From assembly GCA_965225855.1 (NCBI GenBank), contig CBDDCK010000005.1, positions 160,001-224,000 of the forward strand: DNA of 64,000 bases, written 5' to 3'. Each line of letters begins with the position of its first letter. Position 1 is the first letter of the stretch. The translations under genes and the position numbers were made by a program. This DNA is from Spirochaetia bacterium. GTDB taxonomy: Bacteria; Spirochaetota; Spirochaetia; SP-2023. The notes below the pieces were generated by a model. That model did not search any database. It worked only from the letters and a program-made list of their open reading frames with translations, and was not told where the DNA came from. This document shows, piece after piece, positions 10,338 to 19,789 of this stretch.

Positions 10338-10955
10338 TTGATGATTCAAACGTTAATAAAAAGTATATTACTAGTAATTTTAATTATACTAATTTTGATC
10401 GGCGGTTTAGTTATTTTTGATTGGTTGGGGCTTATCAGTTTGCGCCAAGAATTGGCGCCTATTTTACGTTTAGTTGGTTTGAGTGCCCCTTCTGCTAAAA
10501 GTAATTTCGGTGAAATTGGAGCGGGTAGTAATTTTCTCAATGATGTGCGTTTGCGCCAGCAGTTAGAATCTTTGGAACTCAAGCGCAAGAATTTAGAAGA
10601 ACAAGAAAAAAAACTGCTCCAGCGTTCGGACGAATTAGATGAGAGAGAATTAGCTATTAACCAAGCAGAAGAACAGCTAGAGCAGCAGTTAATATCTTTG
10701 GAAGAAAGAGAAAATTTATACAGCAATCGCAATACCAAGGTAGAGCAGATTGCCCGCAATTTTAATGGAATGCCACCGGCTCAAGCTGTGGCTCAAATGA
10801 ACGAAATGGATGCTCTTTTGGTTGTGGATGTCTTACGTTCTGCCGATCGAATTGCCGTTGAAGAAAATGCCAATTCGCTGGTCTCTTATTGGATATCGCA
10901 AATGCCAGCTGCAAGAGGTGCAGAAATCAATAAATTGTTGGTAGAAAAGCCTTAA
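10338..10955 (+). CDS. flbB: Periplasmic-flagellum collar protein FlbB-like
   Basis: N-terminal TM, coiled coil, GMPPAQAV and SLVSYWISQMP; synteny as in spirochaete fla operons. Confidence 0.75.
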   Translation: MMIQTLIKSILLVILIILILIGGLVIFDWLGLISLRQELAPILRLVGLSAPSAKSNFGEIGAGSNFLNDVRLRQQLESLELKRKNLEEQEKKLLQRSDELDERELAINQAEEQLEQQLISLEERENLYSNRNTKVEQIARNFNGMPPAQAVAQMNEMDALLVVDVLRSADRIAVEENANSLVSYWISQMPAARGAEINKLLVEKP

Positions 10956-10975
10956 TATTTTATGCTTAAAAATAT

Positions 10976-12118
10976 ATGGCTAAATCTTTTGGCAACGGCA
11001 TGCTTTCTGAACGAATACAGTTGAAAGCCATTTTTTGGCATTCAATAATGTTTTTGTTGCCTGTCTATTGTGCGTGGCAAGGGTTGTATTTACAAAGGCA
11101 AGTTTGGTTTGGCTTGATGTTGTGGTCTTTGATGGCAATCTTTTTTCTGTTTTTTGTGAAGATGGAAAGCTTGTGTTTGCAAAGCAATGAAAATTCAGAA
11201 CAAAAAAAGAATTATTTTTTATCATTGATCGAAAAGATATTGTTGTTTTTTGGGCGTGCTAAGCTTCAAAAGACAGTAGATACAAGCGAACTCAATACAA
11301 GGCAGAATGTTATTTTTGGAGACTATGCCAATAACGGCAAAGGTCAAATTGCTTGGACAGAACCCGATGATGGTATCAGTATTGAGGCTTATTTAAAACA
11401 GCAGAACAAAGGGAAGGGCAAAACAGAAACAAAAACTGGTTTTGATTGGAACTGGAAAAATAGTAATTCCATTGATGATGAATCGCACTTACTTTTGGAA
11501 AAACAGCGATTTATATCCCCTCAACAATATTTGTGCAATTGGTTCCATGCAGGAATCAAACTATTAAATAAATTTTGGTCGGATTGGGAACAAATATGGT
11601 GCCTTTTTTTCCCTGCTAAAACGTCTCGGTTTTTTGCCTTGGTTTTATTTTGGCTTAGTAGTTTATTATGGTTCCCTGTTAGTTATTGGCTATTGCACAG
11701 CGCGAATGTCAATATTTTAGAATTGGGAGGTTTTATTTATTATGGCCAATCTGCTCGGGGGAGTTTGCTTGTTTTGCTGCTTTTTGCCAATTTGTGTTTG
11801 CCTATATTGACAACTCAAGTCGGTAATAAATTACAGCGTAGTCTTTCGCCGATAGGAAAGTTTCGCATTGTTTATCGTATTTGTGATATTTTCATAGAGT
11901 TGGGTTATTCTCTGGCAAGTTTGCTAGTGCTTTGGTTTTTTATTGCTAGCCGTTTTGGGGTTGCCAGCGGATTGGCTTTGTTATTAATTTTTGCCAATTT
12001 ATATCTAAGTTTGAATTTCCGGCGTAATAACTTAAAAAATGCTTCTAAGCTACTGTTATGGTTTCGTCAAGTGATTTTTCTTAGTATCGCTTTGGGTGTA
12101 TCTTTACATCTCTTATGA
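10976..12118 (+). CDS. Hypothetical multi-pass membrane protein
   Basis: 380-aa ORF with several hydrophobic segments; no family recognised. Confidence 0.6.
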   Translation: MAKSFGNGMLSERIQLKAIFWHSIMFLLPVYCAWQGLYLQRQVWFGLMLWSLMAIFFLFFVKMESLCLQSNENSEQKKNYFLSLIEKILLFFGRAKLQKTVDTSELNTRQNVIFGDYANNGKGQIAWTEPDDGISIEAYLKQQNKGKGKTETKTGFDWNWKNSNSIDDESHLLLEKQRFISPQQYLCNWFHAGIKLLNKFWSDWEQIWCLFFPAKTSRFFALVLFWLSSLLWFPVSYWLLHSANVNILELGGFIYYGQSARGSLLVLLLFANLCLPILTTQVGNKLQRSLSPIGKFRIVYRICDIFIELGYSLASLLVLWFFIASRFGVASGLALLLIFANLYLSLNFRRNNLKNASKLLLWFRQVIFLSIALGVSLHLL

Positions 12119-12501
12119 CTTATTGGGGTATTAGTCTCAATCCATAGTTATAAATCAGTCAAGGCCCCAAAAAAACTCCCAAAACATAGTTAGACTCCCC
12201 TGGCAGCAGCTTACTTTGTGTTGGGGGGTGGCTTTAATACTCCATCTTTAAGAATACGCCAAGTTCTGTGGGCAAGTTCAATTACATTAATTTGAGCAAG
12301 CCCAAGGTGCTCATAATCAAACCAATAACTTCCCCCCAACCAACAACCCAAGGAACACTGTATGGCCAAAGTTGTTTGCGCAAAGAGCCCCGACTAAATA
12401 GTTGATCCGGAACATGATAACTGAACTGGATAAGAAAGACGCGATAACTCGGGATTTTTTTGGGACAAATGGAAGGTAAAAATTGGCTTACTTTCCAAAA
12501 T

Positions 12502-12568
12502 AAAAAAGCTAGTAAGGTTTCCAAAAAAAGCTAGTAAGGTTTTGACTGAAAACCTTACTAGCTTTTTT
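12502..12568. repeat. Direct plus inverted repeat (20-bp stem hairpin)
   Basis: aaaaaagctagtaaggttt at 12502 and 12524; perfect inverse copy at 12549-12568 with a 5-nt loop. Confidence 0.85.
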
Positions 12569-12708
12569 GATTTGCAACCTAGGGATTTTCCAACAAACCC
12601 GATCAACACTGTATAGCCAAAGCTAAAGTACCCTAACACTAAGACACAAAAAAAGTACCCCAAACATAAAAAAAGCACAAAAAAACTTACAAAAAGCTTA
12701 TATGGGCC

Positions 12709-12735
12709 TTGACGCAACACCCCCCCTAGCAAAAT
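12709..12735 (+). promoter_or_regulatory. Putative promoter with poly-C spacer
   Basis: TTGACG-caacacccccccTAG-CAAAAT preceded by phased A-tracts; same layout upstream of both paralogous lipoproteins. Confidence 0.5.
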
Positions 12736-12798
12736 AGGGATTTACACACTAGCCCGTATGGGTTGGCCAATCTTTATCCATTTTTGGAGGTATTGCTT

Positions 12799-14517
12799 AT
12801 GTATAAGCACAAACTATTTTTATTGCCAGTAGCATTGCTACTGGTCTTTATGGCCTTTGCCTGCGCCCCGCCCGATGACGATGATCGATCTTCTGCGCCG
12901 TCTAAGCCGACTATCAATAACGCCATCTACGACTTTGCTACGGCTCTGTTAACCGTACAAGGTTCTAACTTAAGTCCTACAGAAGCGCAAATCCAAACCA
13001 TCGTAGTAGATGGCGTAGCCTTCAGTTCCTATACTGCAGATGACGATGCCACTGGGCCAGATAATAGCAATCTGGCAAAAGGTAAGTACCGTATTAAAAG
13101 CGATGGCACAAAGCTTTGGCTTAGACTTACCGATCAACATAAAGCTGCTCTTCAGACCAAGGTGGGTATGAATACCAATGGTCTAAAAAAATGGTTGCTT
13201 ACTAGCACTGGTGCTTGGGCGGGTTTAAATACACCTAAAGACTTGGACGTTAGGAATGTACCCGATAAGCAGTCTAAAGTATCCGATGACAATCAGCCAT
13301 CTAAGCAAACTGAAGACGAACAAGTCGAACAAGCTGAAGAAGTCGAAGAGCAGTCGCCTAAGCAACCTAAAGACGAACAAGCTGAACAAGTCGAAGATAA
13401 GCAGTCTAAGACCGAAACCGAAGATCAGTCGCTTAAGCTACCCGAAGCCGCAATTACCCGTGCAACCTACAATGTTGGCACGGCGCTGTTAACTTTACAA
13501 GGTACTGACTTAGGTAGTGCGACCCAAGCCCAAATCCAAACCATCGTGGTAGATGGCGTAGCCTTAAGTTCCTATACTGCCACAGCCACTGGGGCAGATA
13601 GTCGCGGTCTTGCAAAAGGTAAGTACCGCCTGCATAGCGATGGCACAGCGCTTTGGCTTTACCTTACCGATGACGATAAAGATGCTCTGAATGGCAAGAC
13701 AGGTATGGATAGCAATGGTCTAAAAGATGGGTTGCTTACTAGCACTGGTGCTTGGGCGGGTTTAGATACAGCCAAACCCTTAACCGTTAGTGGAAACCCC
13801 GCACCCGCAATTACCCGTGCAACCTATGATGTAAATAGAGGCGTGTTAGTGATTACAGGTACTAATTTACCGACAACAGTTGCAGAATGGGACTTTAGCA
13901 AATTGACACTTGTATCCGGTGATCGTACTAATAGATTGACATTACCTCGGTTCATATTAGGTATAAGCAAAGCCACAGGTTCTGCAGTAAGTGCAACAAG
14001 CTTAACGATTACTTTAAGCGGTAGTGTAAAAGACAAAGCCGATGCTATATTGGTTAACGATGGTGTTCGTGATGAGTTTGGTGCATACAACCTGGAAGCA
14101 GCAGCAGGATTTGCCGGTGGTAGCGCTGAAGACACAACCAACCCGATTACCGTTAGTGGGTATACCATCATCAACGCATCATACAGCGCTAATACAGGCG
14201 AGTTAACTATTTATGGTAGAGGTTTACCAACAACAATTGCAGAGTGGGACTTTAGCAAATTGACGATTGTATCCCGTGATGGTAGTAAGAGATACACATT
14301 ACCACGGCACTCAACTGTAGGCGCAAACAGAGCCACAGGTACTGTAGCAGCTATAAAAGGCTTAAAGATTACTTTAAGCGGTAGTGTAAAACAGAAAGCC
14401 GAAGCTATAATGCAGGAGAGTTTTACTGTATACAAATTTGAAGCAGCAGCAGGATTTATACCTAGTAGTCCAGAAGAAGTTATTCTTACTAGTTATATTA
14501 GTAGGGATTCTAAGTAA
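12799..14517 (+). CDS. Surface lipoprotein with duplicated beta-rich domains (paralog 1)
   Basis: RBS ggagg, lipobox FMAFA-C, two copies of domain A (AQIQTIVVDG...KGKYR...GAWAGL), acidic linker, two copies of domain B (WDFSKLT...ITLSGSVK...EAAAGF). Confidence 0.85.
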   Translation: MYKHKLFLLPVALLLVFMAFACAPPDDDDRSSAPSKPTINNAIYDFATALLTVQGSNLSPTEAQIQTIVVDGVAFSSYTADDDATGPDNSNLAKGKYRIKSDGTKLWLRLTDQHKAALQTKVGMNTNGLKKWLLTSTGAWAGLNTPKDLDVRNVPDKQSKVSDDNQPSKQTEDEQVEQAEEVEEQSPKQPKDEQAEQVEDKQSKTETEDQSLKLPEAAITRATYNVGTALLTLQGTDLGSATQAQIQTIVVDGVALSSYTATATGADSRGLAKGKYRLHSDGTALWLYLTDDDKDALNGKTGMDSNGLKDGLLTSTGAWAGLDTAKPLTVSGNPAPAITRATYDVNRGVLVITGTNLPTTVAEWDFSKLTLVSGDRTNRLTLPRFILGISKATGSAVSATSLTITLSGSVKDKADAILVNDGVRDEFGAYNLEAAAGFAGGSAEDTTNPITVSGYTIINASYSANTGELTIYGRGLPTTIAEWDFSKLTIVSRDGSKRYTLPRHSTVGANRATGTVAAIKGLKITLSGSVKQKAEAIMQESFTVYKFEAAAGFIPSSPEEVILTSYISRDSK

Positions 14518-14577
14518 GTAAGGTTTGGTTGTTGCAACGCTTGCATTGGCAATTGCAACCTTGGTAAGTTTTTTATC

Positions 14578-14709
14578 AAGGCTGCTTTTGCCAATTATAG
14601 CCTTGGTATGGAGAAAATACCAAGGCTATAAATTTTTTTATTAAGGCTACAAATTTTTTTGTCAAGACTGTAAATTTTTTTATTAAGGCTGCTTTTGCCA
14701 ATTATAGCC
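14578..14709 (+). repeat. Terminator-like hairpin inside 25-bp direct repeats
   Basis: aaggctgcttttgccaattatagcc at 14578 and 14685; hairpin tatagccttggtat...ataccaaggctata at 14596-14630; three ~21-bp T-tract units in between. Confidence 0.7.
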
Positions 14710-14716
14710 ATTCTGG

Positions 14717-15614
14717 AAAGTAGAAAAAAATCGAGTTATCACGTCCTGCATCACGACCAGCTGGAGACCGAACGCTTAAACTTACAGGCAGAAAAAGTAC
14801 GTTTAGAAACAATTTTAGAACAGCGCAGCAATCTACAAAACCATTACAACAGCAATTGCAATATTTCCAGCAGCAGATGGAACAACAACATAAAGATGAA
14901 ATTAAAAATACTGTCCAGTTGGAGCTTTACTTAAAAAATCTACATAGCAAAACCAATCGGCTTAGCAACGATGCCTATACCTAACCGAGGCCCTTAAAGG
15001 GGATTCTAAACAGCAAGGGGCTTGGGAAGAAATGCAATCCCCGGCCAACGCTACATTATTATTGATTCTAAAGTATCGCTAAAGGCTTATCAGGTTTTGC
15101 TTTCTGCCAAAGCGGAAGAACAGAAATTGTTATTAAAAAAGCACACTGAATCTTTAGCCAAACATATAAAAGACCTTGCCAGCAAGGAATACCAAAAATT
15201 ACTAAGTATGCAAAAAAGCCCAGATTTTGTTTTGCTATTTTGCCCTATCGAAGGGGCACTAGCTGAAGCCTTGCGCCAGACAGCAATTTATTTGAAGAAG
15301 GTTTCCGCCGCCATATTGTGCTTGTCAGCCCTAGTTTATTATTTGTCGTGCTCCGCATTATTGAACAATTGTGGCGTTATGAAAAGCAACGCTCATAATG
15401 TGGCAGAAGTCTATACTCAAGCGGTTAAAATTTTGATAAGCTATCTTTATTTTGTCAGGACATAAGCAAAGTGGAACAGCAAGTGGGCAATTTGCACAAA
15501 AGTGTCGAACAAGCAGTGAACCGACTTTCTGGTGGCCGCCAATCCTTACTTAGACAAGTGCAAAAGTTACAGGACTTGGGTGCCGATACTACAAGAGAAT
15601 TGCCTATTGTTTAG
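14717..15614 (+). pseudogene. rmuC: Fragmented DNA recombination protein RmuC
   Basis: IIIDSKVSLKAY, KHIKDLASKEY and PDFVLLFCPIEGA motifs plus ALKGDSKQQGAWEE in broken frames; several frameshifts or stops and no 5' end. Confidence 0.8.
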
Positions 15615-15741
15615 CTGAACTTCGTTGCGCTACTTGGTAATTGGCTACCAATCACAACTAGTTGATAAACTACCGTATCCACTGGAATGAGGGCCAGAGG
15701 AAATAGAACGGATACAATAACCCTATAAAGGAAGTTTCTCA

Positions 15742-16755
15742 ATGCCACTCACCTCTCAAACAGAATGCATTGTTCGCGATAATCATATTTATAGTGGGTT
15801 TAGTGATGACCCTTCCAAGTTCTTAATTTATGTTTGGGAAGGTCATTCCCAGCTACACGGTGGCAATCTCAAGATTTCTATGCCGCTAACGGTAGTGTCT
15901 CGCACGCCATTAGAACTAGGGCTAACTACAGACCCGCACACGAAATTGCCTCCTCGGATAACATTAGGTAAACCCATTCCACCAGAACCGCCGATTATCA
16001 TGGGTGGCGGTGTCCCCATCATTGGTTTAACCGCCAGTAGCAAAGTTGACCCTAAAACCCAAAAGCGCAGCGATGAATACAAATTTCTGCGTAGTCAGGC
16101 CTTACCTGCGCAAGAGCGCCACGAATACAAAGCTTATCCTGAAGATATACTCCCTGGGAAGAATACGCGCCACAAGAGGCTCCAAGAGCGCGATCAAACG
16201 ATTTACCACAGTTACCTTTCTCTTTCTTGGCAGTACTTAGGCTTGCAGGAACGCATTTTAGATTGCCTCAACAATCTGGAGTCGATTTGTATTGCCCACT
16301 GTATCCCTAGCGATATGCTGCAGCAATCGCTGTATAAGGGCAGCCAGAATATGCGCTTTAGCAGTGCGCTACGCCACCGTATGGAAACATTTATTTCCCA
16401 AGGTAGGGTTTCCCTTTTAATGGGGAATCTCAAGGCGGTTGCAACGCAAATTGAAGTCATCACAGGGCAAGCGCTGAGCGAGAATGAAATCCACGAGCTG
16501 GAGCGTTTTCAATCCTTTGAAGAGCTCGCTTCTTTGGATCGGGGATTGCCTGTGCTATATCTCTATCCATTCAACAATATTTATGAGCTGGAAAAAGCAG
16601 AGTTGAGCAACAATAATGAGACGAAATACAGCCAGAACACTGGTGGCCCAGCTAGCGATGCACAACAGCCACTGCCGCAATTCCGCTGCCTGCTACAGCC
16701 CGGCCCATTGCAACAGAAATTAGAAAACTATACCGATTCTTCGCTCTACCTCTGA
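15742..16755 (+). CDS. Hypothetical protein
   Basis: 337-aa ORF with RBS aaggaag; no family recognised. Confidence 0.65.
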   Translation: MPLTSQTECIVRDNHIYSGFSDDPSKFLIYVWEGHSQLHGGNLKISMPLTVVSRTPLELGLTTDPHTKLPPRITLGKPIPPEPPIIMGGGVPIIGLTASSKVDPKTQKRSDEYKFLRSQALPAQERHEYKAYPEDILPGKNTRHKRLQERDQTIYHSYLSLSWQYLGLQERILDCLNNLESICIAHCIPSDMLQQSLYKGSQNMRFSSALRHRMETFISQGRVSLLMGNLKAVATQIEVITGQALSENEIHELERFQSFEELASLDRGLPVLYLYPFNNIYELEKAELSNNNETKYSQNTGGPASDAQQPLPQFRCLLQPGPLQQKLENYTDSSLYL

Positions 16756-16769
16756 GCATAAGGTGCCAT

Positions 16770-17657
16770 ATGATATACCGCTTGAGTGATGATATACCGG
16801 AAGTTGCTGGCTATGTTGCCCAGTCCGCCCAGATTATTGGTAAAGTACGGATTATGGAAGGCGCATCTGTTTGGATGGGTGCGGTTCTGCGAGGCGATGT
16901 CGAGGCCATTGAGCTAGGGCCCGGCAGTAACGTACAAGAAAATAGTTCACTTCATACCAGCCACGGCTTACCATTGCTGATTGGTCAGAATGTTACCATT
17001 GGCCACAGTGCTACGCTGCACAGTTGTATTATCGGCGATGGGGTTTTAATTGGTATGGGCGCAACGCTACTCGATGGTGCTGAAATTGGCACGGGCAGCT
17101 TGGTTGCGGCTGGTTCCCTTGTAACGCCCGGTAGTAGATTCCCCGAAAATTCCTTTATTGTTGGTTCGCCAGCCAAGCGCCAAAAAGAGCTGGGGCAAGC
17201 TGCCCGTGATGAAATTCTAACTAATGCCAAGTTCTATAGAGAGCTTAGCCGGCGTTACCAAACGGAATTGGTGCCACTACAGCAAAGGCTATACAACCAC
17301 ACCCAAATACAGCAGTTAGCAGAGCAGCAATGGAAGCTTGTTGTCTATGTGCCACTAGAAACCGCAGCAAGCACTTCAAACATCATAGAAGAGCTCAAAG
17401 CAGCTTTATTCCAAGCGGGCGCGGGCGAGATTGGACTGTACCGCAATTGTTGTTGGCAAAGCCAAGGGCAAGGGCAGTTCTTACCGCAAACGGCAAGTCA
17501 GCCTACTATTGGTGAGGCAGGGCAATTGTGCCAGCTAATGGAATATAAACTGGAGATGCTGTGTTCGGTTCGTCATCTAAAGCCAGTCTTAGACGCTTTG
17601 TACCTCATTCACCCCTATGAATGCCCTGCCTACGAGATATACCCTATATATCAATAA
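16770..17657 (+). CDS. Gamma-carbonic-anhydrase-family protein fused to NIF3/YqfO PII-like domain
   Basis: GAVLRGD, NVQENSSLH and TIGHSATLH hexapeptide repeats; C-terminal KLVVYVP...GAGEIGLY...HPYECPAYEI. Confidence 0.85.
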   Translation: MIYRLSDDIPEVAGYVAQSAQIIGKVRIMEGASVWMGAVLRGDVEAIELGPGSNVQENSSLHTSHGLPLLIGQNVTIGHSATLHSCIIGDGVLIGMGATLLDGAEIGTGSLVAAGSLVTPGSRFPENSFIVGSPAKRQKELGQAARDEILTNAKFYRELSRRYQTELVPLQQRLYNHTQIQQLAEQQWKLVVYVPLETAASTSNIIEELKAALFQAGAGEIGLYRNCCWQSQGQGQFLPQTASQPTIGEAGQLCQLMEYKLEMLCSVRHLKPVLDALYLIHPYECPAYEIYPIYQ

Positions 17658-17823
17658 TCAATCTGGAACAAGCTAGAGATTATTCTTTCAGCCCTAACTC
17701 AGTATCTATTCTAAAGCCACAACCGACTCACTTTAGGGCCTACAAGATTTTCTCTTCACGGGCTTGGAGTTCTTATCTAGCCGTATTTAAAGATACCTTT
17801 CGTTACTTTCTCTAAATACATTA

Positions 17824-18024
17824 TCAATAAGCCCTGACATAGTCATTCACTAACTCAATATGATCACCATCTTGGGTTAGCAAAAATATACCATTCGCCC
17901 GCACTTGCTCTATCATATCCTCATCAGTGATCAAAGTGCCAAAACCAAAATATAGCTTATGCCCGCTATACTCGGGATAGCTTTCTCTAAACTGTTGAAC
18001 TTTGTTTTCAACCAAGTTATGCAT
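17824..18024 (-). pseudogene. C-terminal fragment of a PD-(D/E)XK nuclease-like protein
   Basis: FRESYPEYSGHKLYFGFG...GIFLLTQDGDHIELVN resembles the tail of restriction-endonuclease-like proteins; no N-terminal part. Confidence 0.45.
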
Positions 18025-18216
18025 GCATGTCCTGCACTCTATCCTCTAACCAGCCGATTGGCGCTTGGGACACCTCGCACATTAGCACTATGCAAAGCAT
18101 GTTCTATGATTCTCCAATGGCAAGGCAGTGGGCAAAGCAGTGGACTAATTGGCCCAAGCAGTAAGTGGGGCATGCAGCAAAGCAATTTACCCTTGGAAGG
18201 CCCTTATTAGTTGAGT

Positions 18217-18258
18217 TACAAGAGCTATTCTTGACGGCCGTCAAGAATAGCTCTTGTA
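18217..18258. repeat. Perfect 42-bp spacerless palindrome
   Basis: tacaagagctattcttgacgg|ccgtcaagaatagctcttgta. Confidence 0.95.
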
Positions 18259-18285
18259 GGGCGTAAGGCTAGCAAAGTTGGGGCT

Positions 18286-18585
18286 TCCATTGATTGCATC
18301 AAACTAGGCTGTTGGGCTTGCCTAAAACGCTGCTAGCCATTAAACGAACGCTATAACTCTATGGTAGAACTAGCACCAGCCAACATGCACTAATGCTACT
18401 CTATACCGATGGTTTGCGTTGGGCTAGGTGAGAACTGCGCCCTGAAGACAAACACCGGAAGGGCTGCGCCGGAATGTCTTGCTAGAAATGATTGATGCAA
18501 TTGCGGGCCTAACGCAACAGCAAGTCGATAAGCTGCAATAGGAAAGCTAGCCTAACAGAAAGTAATAACTACCTAGGCCGTGAAG
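18286..18585 (+). repeat. 300-bp dispersed repeat, copy 1
   Basis: Reverse complement of 29496-29795; 17 mismatches and no indels by manual alignment. Confidence 0.95.
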
Positions 18586-18665
18586 TGGAATATTTGTAGC
18601 CCTAGCAATTATCCCTAGTTAAAGAGTAATATAATGGGTTCTTTGCGCTGCTATTATTAAAAATC

Positions 18666-19775
18666 CTAGTCCAAATACAGCCGTGGCACTCTGGCGCTAA
18701 TCGAAGTGAGCACTTCATAAGGTATTGTGTTTGTTTGGTTAGCCATATCTTGGGCATTGAAGTGCGGGCCCAATAATTCCACATCTTGCTCTAATAAATG
18801 CTCAAGCGCCACAGCATCATCTTGGCTTTGGGCCTGCGCTGCCCATTCAGTCAAGTCTATCATCATCTGATCCATACAGACATTGCCCACCACAGGGCAT
18901 AACTGATCCCTAAACAAAACCTGCCCCCGATTAGACAACAAGCGCGAATAACCATCGGCATAGCCAATCGGCAGCAAAGCTAGCAATGAGTCCCGTGGTG
19001 CAACCCAAGTACCGCCATACGAAACCTTTGCCCCTCGTGGGACTTTCTTCACCAAACCGATTTTGGTCTTTAAGATCAAGACTGGCAGTAGCTCTGGCAC
19101 ATCTACACAATAACCATAAGCACCTATACCAATGCGCACCATATCAAAATGGCTCTCTGGATAGTGTATAGCTGCTGCTGAATTTGCTATGTGGACACAA
19201 GGCACCGCTATCCCATGGCGATGTAGTTGCTGCACAATCCTTTGGAAGCATTCAAACTGGCGCTGGGTTTGCACAGGGTCGCTTTCAATAGAAGCAAAAT
19301 GGCTACATAGGCCATACAATTCCAATGCATGGTTAAGCCTTACTTGCTGGGCAAGCTGTAACACCTTATCAGGTAGAACCCCGGCCCGGCACATACCCGT
19401 ATCCACCTTCAAGTGGAGCCTCAGCCGCATATTGTGCTTTGCAGCTTGAGTTTGATAATCAGGCAAATAAGCGCAATGGCTGAGCAACGGCTGAAGCTCC
19501 AATTCGCAGATATAGGGAATCTCTTTTCTTAGGTGTGGAGACAGCAATAAAATCGGCTGCTTGATTCCAGCTTGTCGTAGGGCTGCCGCTTCTTCTACCG
19601 TAGCTACTGCAAAGCTATCCACTGGGGAGCGCAAACTTAATTCGCTCAAACCATGGCCATAAGCATTGCCCTTAACCGCCAAACACAGCTTGGTTGTAGC
19701 CTTTAGCTGCGAGCGAAAGAAATTCAAATTGTGATAGAAATTAGGTAAACTGATTTCCGATCGGCTGGCCCTCAT
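18666..19775 (-). CDS. alr: Alanine racemase
   Basis: AVKGNAYGHG PLP lysine, HLKVDTGM, IGYADGY, VCMDQ and TIPYEV. Confidence 0.95.
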   Translation of the reverse strand: MRASRSEISLPNFYHNLNFFRSQLKATTKLCLAVKGNAYGHGLSELSLRSPVDSFAVATVEEAAALRQAGIKQPILLLSPHLRKEIPYICELELQPLLSHCAYLPDYQTQAAKHNMRLRLHLKVDTGMCRAGVLPDKVLQLAQQVRLNHALELYGLCSHFASIESDPVQTQRQFECFQRIVQQLHRHGIAVPCVHIANSAAAIHYPESHFDMVRIGIGAYGYCVDVPELLPVLILKTKIGLVKKVPRGAKVSYGGTWVAPRDSLLALLPIGYADGYSRLLSNRGQVLFRDQLCPVVGNVCMDQMMIDLTEWAAQAQSQDDAVALEHLLEQDVELLGPHFNAQDMANQTNTIPYEVLTSISARVPRLYLD

Positions 19776-19789
19776 ACCTTTAGGGAACT

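Noticed and set aside
12282..12732. Two minus-strand ORFs upstream of lipoprotein 1
   Set aside because: They are low-complexity translations of A-tract promoter and hairpin DNA.
18286..18585. IS200/IS605 tnpB end or omega-RNA remnant
   Set aside because: No recognisable TnpB zinc-finger or DxNAAxN coding remnant; the resemblance is too weak.
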